Positions 1-11,275 are shown, counted from the stretch's first letter. The stretch is 64,000 nt of DNA from Octopus vulgaris (GCA_951406725.2 OX597834.1:21700001-21764000); one strand, 5' to 3'. Notes: a model not told the origin generated them from the letters alone. Made by a program: numbers and translations.

Positions 1-320
1 TTTAGATTTTTGTGAAATTAAACAGAAAAAAACAAACCTTTTTTCTAAATTGAACAGCAGTTTATCACAGGAAACTTTTCCCAAACGATTTGATGGTGTT
101 AAAAAAAAAAAATGCCAATACCATTTTAGCATTTCATAATAAGCAGCTAGATTGGTATTTATGTCACTATGGAGCATAGCTTTAGTTGTAAAGTTAAACA
201 GAGAAAGATAGATTTTTCTCGAAATAAAGCAATAGTTTATCATAAAAAACTTCTCCAAAAAGATATGATGGTGTTAAGGAAATAAAAAAAACCATCAATA
301 TCTTCTTAATATTTCTTGTC
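1..320. repeat. Degenerate ~180-bp tandem repeat (about two units); related copies at 1690-1836 and 2257-2387
   Basis: Repeated 'ttaaacaga...gtttatca...gatggtgttaa' at about 15-130 and 193-315. Confidence 0.55.
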
Positions 321-323
321 ACT

Positions 324-553
324 TTAACCCTTTCATTGCCTTATTTATTTTGAGATGCTCCCTGTTTCTTTCAATTAATTTTAAATATAACAAAAAATTT
401 AGAGAAATAACTTAGTTATCATTAAGCTAGTGTTAGGAACATAAATTGTGACTAAGGTTTGGTGGAAGATTTTAATTCAAAACTTATGAAAATAAGACAT
501 TTGTATCAAAGAGCCAGATGCGGTTTCTGCTGGGTTGGTATCAAAAGGGGTAA
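324..553. mobile_element. piggyBac-like MITE (~230 bp)
   Basis: Starts TTAA-CCCTTTC and ends AAAGGGG-TAAA (degenerate AAAGGG-TTAA). The same internal sequence occurs, inverted, at 9552-10200 and 10232-10715. TTAA plus CCC termini are piggyBac hallmarks. Confidence 0.7.
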
Positions 554-554
554 A

Positions 555-772
555 GTGGTAAGCTGGCAGAATCATTAGCATGCTGAACGAAATGCTGAGC
601 AGCATTTCAGCTGGCTTTATGTTCCAAGTTCAAATTCTGATGAGGTTAACCTTGCTTTCCATTGTTACAGGGTCCAGGAAAGAAGTACTGGATGAGCAAT
701 AAAGGGTCGATGCAATTGGCTTACCCCACTCCCCCAAACACGCCAGCCCTGTGCCAAAATTTGAAACCAATA
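555..772 (+). mobile_element. SINE family B (tail type 2), diverged
   Basis: agctggcagaatcattagc head, gttcaaattc B-box, tail ccctgtgccaaaatttgaaacc. Confidence 0.75.
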
Positions 773-1029
773 TTTCTTGTTAACTTCATAATAAACCATA
801 ACACTAATTCTTTATGGAAACCTCTTCCTTCGCTGTGTTTGAACAACCAGCTCCAACAAGTTGGGTTGATTCACAGTTCAATAGACTTCCACACCTCTTG
901 ACCCTCCTACTTGATGCAATTGTGCTCTTCGTTCTTTCCATTGCTGAATACAAAACATGGCTTGTGAGACCTCCATTTGCAGGATATTCCTGAATCACCA
1001 TCTCACTTCCTTTCATTCTGTTGATTTTT

Positions 1030-1295
1030 TTCCTCTTACAAGGTAGTCGTCCCTTTTTCTTCCCTTCTCCTTTTGTCCCTCTTTTATATACATTCATACA
1101 AACAATTGTATACACGACCGTGTGTGTACCGTTGGCGATTTTTTTCCTCTTCTCTGGATCTTTCCTTCTCCTATGTTTCCTACGAAGAGCTCCACTCGAA
1201 ACGTTAAACCCTCCTTCTTTCCTTCTTTTCTGAGCGTCCAATAATACTATATTTGTTCCACGTCCTCATGTTGTGCTTATATGTTTGGATTAACT
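1030..1295 (+). mobile_element. Penelope-like terminal-repeat remnant carrying a minimal hammerhead motif (second copy 57193-57338)
   Basis: About 140 bp shared with 57193-57338; abuts (TA)n; contains gtttCCTACGAagagctccactcGAAAcgTTaaac. The 5' boundary is uncertain. Confidence 0.6.
1175..1209 (+). ncRNA. Minimal type I hammerhead ribozyme motif (mutated copy)
   Basis: Stem I gttt/aaac; core CCTACGA (G5>T); stem II gagc-tcc-actc; GAAA; palindromic stem III A-CG-T; cleavage triplet GTT. Confidence 0.5.
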
Positions 1296-1296
1296 A

Positions 1297-1369
<73 letters not shown>

Positions 1370-1837
1370 CCATACAAACAATTTGATGCATACCCACATA
1401 TACACACACACACACAACATACACACATGTACATAATATTGGTTGGCCATTCACTCTCCTGAGTTCTTCTGCCCTTTGTCAGATTTTGTTTTTTTTTATC
1501 CCAAAGGGCTTCCTGCAATCACCCTTCAGGGCAATAACAAAACCTGTTTGCTTGGTAAGGTTGCCAGCTTAGTCAACAATAACCCAACCGTGTAACAGGT
1601 TGTATTGGTTTCACATGTTACCAGCAGCACCCAAGAGCAACCTGACCGGGGATTACATCACCATGGCACGTAGTAGTTGTTTCTCTCCCATGAAATTAAA
1701 CAGAAAGGGACAAACCCTTCTCAAAATAGAACAAGAATTTATTACAGGAATTTTTCCCAAAACAGATATTCACAAAAGAAAAGAACGAACCTCTTTGTTA
1801 ACCTGAGTGTAAGCATTGATATTTTTCACTTGTAATA

Positions 1838-2256
1838 GGCGTTGGAGTGGCTGTGTGGTAAGTAGCTTGCTTACGAACCACATGCTTCCGGGTTCAGTCC
1901 CACTGCATGGTACCTTGGGCAGTTGTCTTCTACAATAACCTCGGGCCAACCAAAGCCTTGTGAGTGGATTTGGTAGGCAGAAACTGAAAGAAGCCCATCG
2001 TATATATGTATATGTATATATGTATGTGTGTGTGTGTGTATATATGTTTGTGTGTCTGTGTTTGTCTCCCCAACATCACTTAACAACCGATGGTGGTGTG
2101 TTTACATCCCCATAACTTAGTGGTTCAGCAAAAGAGACCCAATAGAATAAATACTCGGCTTACAAAGAATAAGTCCTGGGGTCGATTTGCTCGACTAAAA
2201 GGTGGTGCTCCAGCATGGCCACAGTCAAATGACTGAAACAAGTAAAGAGAGAGAGA
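1838..2256 (+). mobile_element. SINE family A, full length (tRNA-like head, CORE-like ccttgggcaagt segment, central (TA/TG)n)
   Basis: A-box tggctgtgtgg, B-box ggttcagtccc, tail gactgaaacaagtaaagag; more than 20 copies or fragments in the window. Confidence 0.9.
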
Positions 2257-2619
2257 GACAAACCCTTCTCAAAGTAGAACAAGAATTCATTACAGGAAAA
2301 TTTTCCCCAAAATAGATATTCACAAAAGAAAAGAAAGAACATATTTGTTAACCTGAGTGTAAGCATTGATATTTTTCACATTGTAATTACATATTAAACC
2401 ATTACTGCATGGAAAACAGACATAAACCATTCACTTAAACATTTATTATTTGGTGTCAAAACCTCTGTCACTCATCTGAAACCTGGTCATTGATGCAATC
2501 ACACTGCAAATCACTTGACAAGCAACTACATCTCTGAAATCATCTATTATTTAAATCACAATATTATTTTAACATCCTTGGTTGTTTTGTTTCTATATGA
2601 CATAAAAACGATTTTGCCT

Positions 2620-2900
2620 TTAACCATTTTCTTTACCGCATTTCTTTTGAAATATATAATGAAATGAAGAGTTTAGTAAAATAACATTGTTGTTATGTAT
2701 TTGGTGTTTCGAACAGAAACTAACAAGAAATTTTGATAAAAGATTTTAATTTAGATTTCTTTAATCATTTTGTTACCATGTTTCCGTTGAAATAGACTGT
2801 CATTGTTTTCGTTAATTTTGGAATTAACAAAGAATTAAGTAAAATAATATTGTCGTTATTAAGTTGTTGTTTGGAACATAGATCATTGATTGAAAATCAG
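2620..2900. mobile_element. Two degenerate partial copies of the piggyBac-like MITE
   Basis: ttaaccattt...ttacc starts at about 2620 and 2761; agtaaaataa...ttggaacata similarity to 324-553. Confidence 0.45.
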
Positions 2901-3114
2901 ATCACTTTGTAGCTGTGGTTTACAAGGAATCTCTGAGTACTGTATGAGAATGTTCCCTGTTGGAATTATACTCACATGCATAGCCATCTGTGCACCGTAT
3001 TGTGTACTAGACAGACAGGCAGATAGATAGATAGATAGATAGGGAGGTAGTTATTTAGTTAAATAGAATGATAGATAGATAGACAGATTGATTGATAGAT
3101 AGATAGATAGATAT

Positions 3115-3340
3115 AGTTCTTTACTGCCCACAAGGGGCTAAACATAGAGGGGACAAACAAGGACAAAGGGATTAAGTTGATTATATCGACCCCAGTGCGA
3201 AACTGGTACTTTATTTATCAACCCCGAAAGGATGAAAGGCAAAGTCAACCTCGGCGGAATTTGAACTCAGAACGTAGCGGCAGACGAAATACCGCTAAGC
3301 ATTTCACCCGGCGTGCTAACATTTCTGCCAGCTCACCACC
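3115..3340 (-). mobile_element. SINE family B (tail type 1) inside a (GATA)n tract
   Basis: Reverse complement of ggtgagctggcagaaatgttagc...cctttcatcctttcggggttgataaa...gccccttgtgggcagtaaagaa. Confidence 0.9.
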
Positions 3341-3351
3341 TAGAGATAGAT

Positions 3352-3384
<33 letters not shown>

Positions 3385-4222
3385 TGATAGATAGATGTCA
3401 TCACGGCAGTGAGAAAATGGAATGTCCAAGTGAGATGTTTGTCCAACATCTCATTTAAAGGGGAAGTAACTCCAATCAAGAAATTAACTCAGAATGCAGT
3501 GCAACAATCCATTCAGCTCTTTACTGCAGGGAAAGCCAACCTAATACAACGATGATGATGATGGTGGTGGTGGGTGGGGACCGTGATTTGAAAGGGCCAT
3601 CATTTTTACATAACACTCAGCTCACCGCTTGACTCGCTGGTCGGTTAACGTGTTACCTTTGTAATCTACAAATCAAATGCCAACTTTTTTTTTACTTATT
3701 TTGTTTATTGGGAATTTTTTTTAACAAGGTTTTCTTTGTTTGCGTTCATCGGTAAGATTTATATCAGGTGTGTGTGTGTGTGTGTATGAGCACCTGTGTA
3801 GGTGTGAGAGAGTGTTTGTGTGAGTGTGTCTTTGTGTGTATGCGTGTAAACACGTAAGTGTGTGTGTGTATGTGTGTGATTTAGTGTGTGTATGTGTGTC
3901 TATGTGAATGTGTGAATATCTCTGTGTTTGTTTATGTGATTCAGTGTGTATGAGTGAGATTTCAGGGTTGTGTGTGTGTGTGTGTTATGAAAAGAAAGAA
4001 AGCGATAATATTCTGTATTGTTGATTGGAGTTAGCATTAGCAGTGGTGGTGGCGATGGTGGTGGTGGTGGTTGTGGTGGTGGTGGTGGTGGTGGTGGTGG
4101 TTTCGGTGGAACAGAGAGGGAAAATATCAGTTGAGCCTGTGTTAAAGAGAAAGATGGTGGCATAGATAGACAGGTGGGGGGATGAGGGGAAGAGTGGAGA
4201 GGAAGATGTGGTAGTGATGGTA

Positions 4223-4266
4223 GGGTTTGGGTGGGTGGGGTTGGGGGAGGGGGATTTGCGGGGGGG
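4223..4266 (+). other. Potential G-quadruplex motif
   Basis: gggtttgggtgggtggggttgggggaggggg: six G-runs of three or more with 1-3 nt loops. Confidence 0.5.
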
Positions 4267-4789
4267 AGTGGAGGGGCACAAACGTAAACAAACTACCAGA
4301 CTCAAAGTGGAACCACACACACTCACATACACACACACACACACACACACAAACGCACTCACACGCACACACAACCACATTCTCACACACACTCACACAC
4401 AAACTGACACACACACAAACACATTCACACACGCACACATACACAAACACACAAACACATTCTCACACACACACACACACACATGCACACTCACACACAG
4501 ACTGACACAAATACAAATAAATAAATCAATGAAGTACCAGTTGACTAAGTGTGAAATAACAACAACAACAAACACAAAATAGCAACAACAACAACAGCAA
4601 CGACGTCAGCAGCAACAAGAAGAATAAAAGCCGATATTGAACAACTTCCTTCGTCCAAACACCAAGAACAGGAGTCTTTGATTAATCATGAAGAACCATA
4701 ATTTATCCGGCATAAATATTCTTGACTTTTGTCCTTGGGGGAAGAGACCGAGCCCTAACATGTGTGTGTGTGTGTGTGGGGGGATTATA

Positions 4790-5432
4790 TGATGATGGTG
4801 GGGGTTATGGTGAGAGTGGTGGTGATTGTAATGGTGGTGGTAATGGTGGTCGGATGGTATTGGTCATGGTGGTGGTGGTGGGTGGTGATGGTGATGGAGA
4901 TGGTGGTAATCGTGATAGGGGTGGGTGATGGGGATGGTTGTGGTGGTGGTAGTGGCGGTTGTGGTGGTGGAGGTAGTACTGATAGTGGTAGTGGTGGTGA
5001 TGATGGTGGCGATCATGATGGTTGTTGTGGTGGTGGTGGTGGTGGTGATCATGATGGTTGTTGTTGTGGTGGTAGTGGTAGTAGTATCAATGGTGGTGGT
5101 GGTGGTGGTGGTGGTGGTGGTGGTGGTGGTGATGGTGATCCTGATGGCTGTTGTTGTGGCGGTGGTGGTGGTGCTGGTGGTGGTGGTGGTGGTGGTGATG
5201 ATGATGGTGGCGATCATGATGGTTGTTGTGGTGGTGGTGGAGGTAGTATCAATGGTGGTGGTGGTGATGGTTGTTGTTGTGGCGGTGGTAGTGGTGGAAG
5301 TAGTACTGATAGTGGTGGTGATGATGGTAGCAATCATGATGGCTGTTGTGGTAGTGGAGGTAATACTGATGGTGGTGCTGGTCACGATGGTTGTTCTTGT
5401 GGTAGTGGTGGTGGTGGTGATGGTGGTGGTGG
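4790..5432. repeat. Complex (GGT/GAT/TGT)n cryptic trinucleotide repeat
   Basis: Seen directly; recurring 'gatcatgatggttgttgtggtggt' subunits. Confidence 0.9.
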
Positions 5433-6212
5433 AACATATGTGAATACATAAGAGTGTGTGTGTGTGTGTGTGTGTTTGTGTAAGAAAACAAAGAAGGAGT
5501 GGGGAGAAAGAACAAGCAGGGGGGCGGGTGGGGATGGGAAAGCTAAGGAGTGAGATCATATGTCTTTATTAACGATGCCATCAATTGAATTTTGGCTTAA
5601 GGAATGTCTCCATGAGCGAGAAAATGGTGAATCACTGTAAAATATAAATATATCATTCACCATTTTCACCTTTCTCCCCATTTTCACCCACCTGCCCATC
5701 CCTTGCCACTTTGCCCCTTTATACCCCCACCCGTTCCCACCTCACCTCTTGCTGCCTTGCCCCCTTATACACTGCCCCCCCACCGACTTTCTTTTTGGGT
5801 TTCTTTTGGAGAATGTCATGAGACTCTTTGATAAATTAACAGTAGGCTCCTCTGGTCAGCGCCCTGATGACTCATGGCAAACTGTTTGATTGCATTGAAA
5901 CAGATTCCGGTTCTGAATATAAAGTTCTGCACCGAAAATTCTTAAACATAAATAAATACAAGAATAAATAAAGAAATGTGTGTGTGTGTGTGTGTGTGTG
6001 TTATAAAAAGCTGTTGCTCCAGCATGGCCCAGGCCTCTGGCTGAAACAAGTAAAAGAATAAAAGAATATATATAGGTGCAGGCATGGCTGTGTGGTAAGA
6101 AGCATGCTTCCCAAACACATGGTTCGGGGTTCAGTCCTACTGCATGGCACCCTGGCCCCAGGTTGACCAAAGCCTTGTGAGTGGATTTGAGAAACGGAAA
6201 CTGAAAGAAGCC

Positions 6213-6256
<44 letters not shown>

Positions 6257-6260
<4 letters not shown>

Positions 6261-6373
6261 GATCACGTGACCGACCAGACCATCACATGTTGTTACACAT
6301 CGCTGGTCACAATGCGTTCGCATTGTTTTAGCCTTTGAATGACGCCACCCCGCTGGCTAAGCAAGCAGGCCAA
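6257..6373 (-). mobile_element. SINE D 3' fragment
   Basis: gtgatcacgtgaccgaccagaccatc...ccccgctggctaagc matches 50746-50865. Confidence 0.85.
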
Positions 6374-6402
6374 TATATATATATCTATATATATATATAT
6401 AT

Positions 6403-6639
6403 GAAGGTGCATGGCGTAGTGATTAGGGTGTTGTACTCACGATTGTGAGATCATGGGTTCGATTCCCAGACCAGGAGTTGCATTGTGTTCTTGAGAAAAA
6501 AGCACTTTATTTCACGTTGCTCTACGATCATTTCGACATCTGACATGTGACACCCAGTTGCACCTGTACAGGTAATGTCAATCTGATGGAGGGAGTGAGC
6601 CTATGTCTACAAAAACATTTGATCACTATAAATAAATCG

Positions 6640-6640
<1 letters not shown>
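6403..6640 (+). mobile_element. SINE family E (tRNA head plus CORE-like domain), variant tail
   Basis: tggcgtagtgattaggg A-box, ggttcgattccc B-box, tgtgttcttgag...gcactttatttcacgttgctc. Confidence 0.7.
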
Positions 6641-6708
<68 letters not shown>

Positions 6709-6934
6709 GTGTGTCTTTGTGTCCCTGTCCCTGCCATCATTTGACAACCGATGTTGGTGTATTTATGTCCCTGTAACTTAGCTGTTCGGGGGAAAAGAGA
6801 CTAATAAAATAAGTACTAGGTTTAGAAAGAATAAGTCACGGGGTTTGACTTCTTCAACTAAAAATAACCCTTTAAGGTGATGCTCCAGCATGGCTGCAGT
6901 CAGATGACGTGGAATCTGGTGCACCTCTGCCCTA

Positions 6935-8250
6935 CATCATCTTCACTCCTACCCCTCCTCATCACTATCTTCATCATCATCATCATTATCATCACTGCCG
7001 CATTTTCATAATAACCACTCTCATCACCACCATCATCATCATCATTGTCATCATCATCTTTGCTCCTGCCATCAACATCATGATTGTTGTCATCACGATC
7101 ATCATCATCACTGTCATCATTATCATCATTTGCACCTGCAGTCCCACCACCGTCATCATAATCTTCAACACACATCCTTGACATCATCTTCATTTCCTCG
7201 TCCAGGAATTATGAAGAAAATGTTATAAGGACAACAATGACATCAGTTACAACACCCATCACCACCACCAACACCACAAGCACCATCACCACTGCTGACA
7301 CCTCCACCACCACCACCAACAACAACACCATCACCACTCCCACCACCACCAACAACAACAACAACAACAATACTGTTGCCACCACCACTGTTGCCACCAC
7401 CACTACCACCACCAACTCCATCACCACTGCTGCCACCTCCACCACCACCAACAACAACACCATCACCACTCCCACCACCACCAACAACAACAACAACAAC
7501 AACACCACTGTTGCCACCACCACTACCACCACCAACTCCATCACCACTGCTGCCACCTCCAGAACCACTACCACCATCACCACCACCAACACCACTGCCA
7601 CAACCACCACCAACAACAACAACACTATCACTGCTGCCACCGCCAACACCACCACCATTACCACTGCTGCCACCACTACCACCACCATCAACAACAACAC
7701 CATCATCACTGCTGCCACCATCACCACTGCTGCCACCACCACCACTACCACCACCACCACTACCATCCCTACCACCACCAACACCATCACCACTGCTGCC
7801 ATTACCACCACCACCAACAACAACAACACTATCACTGCTGTCACCGCCAACACCACCACCATTACCACTGCTGCCACCACTACCACCACCATCAACAACA
7901 ACACCATCATCACTGCTGCCACCATCACCACTGCTGCCACCACCACCACCACTACCAACACCATCACCACCATCACCACCACAACAACAACAGAAACACA
8001 CATAGCACCAACAACACAAATTGCTACAACAACAGCAACAGGGCTGTTAATAACGACAAAAGCACAAATAACAACGAGATCAACAGCAGCTGCACCCACA
8101 CCAGCAACAATACAATAGCACCAACTGCAGTAATAACAACAACAACAACAACAAAAATAGGAATAGGAAGAACTGCACAAATTATATCAGCAACAACTAC
8201 AACAACAAAAATAACCATGGCAACAACAACAACTACAAAACAGCAACAAC
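6935..8250. repeat. Long (CAT)/(ACC)/(AAC)n cryptic trinucleotide region with higher-order duplications
   Basis: Seen directly; blocks 7612-7740 and 7816-7945 are near-identical. Confidence 0.9.
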
Positions 8251-8882
8251 ACTTAACGATATACATCAGTATATGATATCATTAATTAACATTGGTGTCT
8301 TAACGAAAGGGAATTCCAGTGCCACGCTGGACTTAAAGGGCAAATTTAGTGACCTACATTGCAGCTAGGGGTCCTGGTGGGATGAAGAGAGTTTTTTTTT
8401 TCTTCTATGTGTATGCATGTTTGGGGTGAGGGCTTGAGATTATCTGCTTGCCTTTCAGAGTTTTGTCCTTACCTGATGCATACCCCATGAGTAAGCAACC
8501 GTGTTTGTGCTGTTTGTTTGTTGCGTTGGAAGAAGACCTGAAGGAATGCATGGAATTATTTATTGAGAGACAGGGAGGAAGAGGGGGGGAGGGCGGAGAA
8601 GGGGGGGAGAGATTCTTCGAGTGACGATGGCATCAAGAAGGCACTTGAGAACTTCATCGGATTTCAAGTATGACCTGATACGATGATGATATTCCAATGG
8701 CAGATATGTCAGATTCCAGCAATTAAATAACTTGGAGATGTTACAGTGTGCATGTGTATATGTATGTGTGTGTGTGTTTGTGTGTGTGTGTGTTTGTGTG
8801 TGTGTGTTTGTGTGTGTGTATGTAGTATGTATGTATGTATTTATATGTATGTATATATTTGTGTCACTCTCTCTCTATCTTG

Positions 8883-8925
<43 letters not shown>

Positions 8926-8981
8926 TATAAATAAATATGTGTGTGTGGGTATATATATGTATATATATATATATATGTGTG

Positions 8982-9227
8982 TAATCATGGTAACACGTGC
9001 TGAAGAAGGTGAGGCTGTAATGCCAGTTCAGAAACCAGTCCACATGAGTCCAAGTGCTAGAATATATGTTGAATGATTTTCTTGACCTGTTTGCCCTCGG
9101 ACAGTTGATTTCTGTAGTTATTATCAGAGTTTTTTCAGCAATTTAAAAAAGAGTTTTGACTGTTATTTCCAGCAGGTAGACATACTCAGTATGTCCTTCG
9201 ATTAATATAAACTTTAATCCTTCAGCT
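8982..9227 (+). mobile_element. Probable Penelope-like or retrozyme fragment embedded in (TA)n, with a hammerhead motif
   Basis: Complex-sequence island between (TA/TG)n tracts, beginning with a hammerhead-like fold. Confidence 0.45.
8994..9046 (+). ncRNA. Type I hammerhead ribozyme motif
   Basis: cacgtg-CTGAAGA-agg-tga ggc tgtaat gcc agt tca-GAAA-ccag-TC-cacatg: intact core, 5 of 6 bp stem I, GTC site; stem II imperfect. Confidence 0.55.
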
Positions 9228-9418
9228 ATATATATGTATATGTATATATGTATGTATGTATACGTATATGTATGTGTGTGTGTAATAATTAACATCATTA
9301 TCATCGTAACTGTATACGCATGAGTATAAGTGTGTTTAATGTCTGTTCCCAGTACTCTAATGAGTCTACCAACGACCGCCTTACAACTACAATAACAACA
9401 ACAACAACAATCAGAATG

Positions 9419-9550
9419 ATAAGGATGGAGTGTGTGGTGTACTGTTAGGAGCTTTCTAGTTCTTCTATCCAAATTCTACAGCTCAACCTTTGTCCATTTC
9501 AGAAAGGAAGCAGAGCATCTCAATAGAAGCATAGCCCATGTATTTACAAC
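9419..9550 (-). pseudogene. R4/Dong-clade non-LTR retrotransposon RT C-terminal fragment
   Basis: VVNTWAMLLLRCSASFLKWTKVEL*NLDRRTRKLLTVHHTLHP resembles the INTWA..RYS....WT..EL..LDRKTRK.LT.H..LHP motif; one in-frame stop. Confidence 0.75.
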
Positions 9551-9551
9551 T

Positions 9552-9819
9552 TTAACCCTTTCGCTACCAACCCACCTGAAAACCCTCTGGCTCTGCAGTA
9601 CAAATGTCTTACTCTTTACTCTCTTACTTGTTTCAGTCATTTGACTGCAGCCATGCTGGAGCACCGCCTTTAGTCGAGCAAATCAACCCCGGCACTTATT
9701 CTTTCTAAGCCCAGTACTTATTCTATCGGTCTCTTTTGCCGAACCGCTAAGTGACGGGGACGTAAACACACCAGCATCGGTTGTCAAGCAATGCTAGGGG
9801 GACAAACACAGACGCACAA

Positions 9820-9852
<33 letters not shown>

Positions 9853-10200
9853 CATACATATATACAACGGGCTTCTTTCAGTTTCCGTCTACCACATCCA
9901 CTCACAAGGTATTGGTCGGCCCGAGGCTATAGCAGAAGACACTTGCCCAAGATGCCACGCAGTGGGACTGAACCCGGAACCATGTGGTTGGTAAGCCAGC
10001 TACTTTACCACACAGCCACTCCTGCGCCATGTTTGCAAAAGTTCTGAATTAATGTCTTCCACCAAACCTTAGTCACAATTTATGCTCCTAACACCAGCTT
10101 AATAATAACTAAGTTATTTTACTAAGTCCATTGTTACACTTAAAATTAATTGAAAGAAACACAGAGCACCTCAACAGAAATACGGTAACAAAAGGGTTAA
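9552..10200. mobile_element. piggyBac-like MITE interrupted by SINE A
   Basis: TTAA-CCCTTTCGCTACC ... GGTAACAAAAGGG-TTAA terminal inverted repeats. Confidence 0.8.
9611..10028 (-). mobile_element. SINE A, full length, young
   Basis: Near-consensus reverse complement of family A, ending cctgcgcc. Confidence 0.9.
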
Positions 10201-10231
10201 AATATATAATGGAGAAACCATTCTTAATGGT

Positions 10232-10715
10232 TTTAATACCAAGCTGCTTGAAACCAACTCTGGCTCTGTTGTACAAATGTCTAGTTTCCAAACGTTCTGA
10301 ATTAACTATTATTATTATTATTATTATAGTGGATGGTACCTCTGTACGTGTTGAGCTGTGAGTCGGGGAGAAGGAATTGTCGAGGGCACTAGGTCCTATG
10401 GTTTCAGGGAAATCTCAGACAGTGGGGCTCCTCGATTATCCCTAGAGGCCTTCCTATATCAGGAGGGCCACATCTCTATCATCCTCCCCACCATTTTTTT
10501 TCTTCTTTTAAACCTTTCTATGCTATGCATATGTCCCTTCCGTTTCAAAGTATACCATGTATGCTTACCTTTTTTCCTTATCATTTCAAACCTTAGTCAC
10601 AATTTATGTTCCTAGCACTAGCTGAATGATAACTAAGTTATGTTACTAAAGAATTTCAAATTAATTGAAAGAAACACAGAACATCTCAACAGGAATATGG
10701 TAACAAAAGGGTTAA
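10232..10715. mobile_element. piggyBac-like MITE interrupted by a Tx1-like LINE 3' fragment
   Basis: ctggctctgttgtacaaatgtc...ctgaatt, then aaaccttagtcacaattta...ggtaacaaaagggTTAA. Confidence 0.75.
10329..10587 (+). mobile_element. LINE 3' end (last codons VDGTSVRVEL* plus 3' UTR), probably L1/Tx1 clade
   Basis: Near-identical inverted copy at 11368-11711; follows (ATT)n; clade assignment is an inference. Confidence 0.6.
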
Positions 10716-10854
10716 TGATGTTCCCTCCGTCTAATTTTGTTTCGAGCATCTTCCCTATTTTCCTCTGGTTCTCTTTAGGGACTTTCTCTCTCTCATCTCT
10801 CTTTCCCTTACCTCATCGTCTTGTGATACTCCTTGATATGTGTATCCCTCATTA

Positions 10855-11275
10855 TTCCTATTTGTTTATTGCCCACAAGGGGCTAAACACAGAGGGGACA
10901 AACAAGGACAGACATAGGTATTAAGTCGATTACATCGACCCCAGTGCGTAACTGGTACTTAATTTATCGACCCCGAAAGGATGAAAGGCAAAGTCAACCT
11001 CGGTGGAAATTGAACTCACAACGTAACGGCAGACGAAATACCTATTTCTTTATTACCCACAAGGGGCTAAACACAGAGGGGACAAACAAGGACAGACATC
11101 GGTATTAAGTCGATTACATCGACCCCAGTGCGTAACTGGTACTTAATTTATCGACCCCGAAAGGATGAAAGGCAAAGTCGACCTTGGCGGAATTTGAACT
11201 CAGAACGTAGCGGCAGACGAAATACCGCTGAGCATTTCGCCCGACGTGCTAACGATTCTGCCAGCTTGCCATCTT
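10855..11275 (-). mobile_element. SINE B with tandemly duplicated body (dimer)
   Basis: Two cccacaaggggctaaac...cagacgaaatacc units (about 10858-11042 and 11043-11227) followed by one head. Confidence 0.9.

Larger units (their letters stand above)
6075..6908 (+). mobile_element. SINE A split by insertions into its central (TA)n
   Basis: A head 6075-6217 and A 3' half 6708-6908 in the same orientation, separated by D and E elements. Confidence 0.75.

Noticed and set aside
4762-5559. Long Gly/Val/Thr-rich ORFs in several frames
   Set aside because: Products of (GGT)n cryptic repeats; open on both strands, with no splice or domain evidence.
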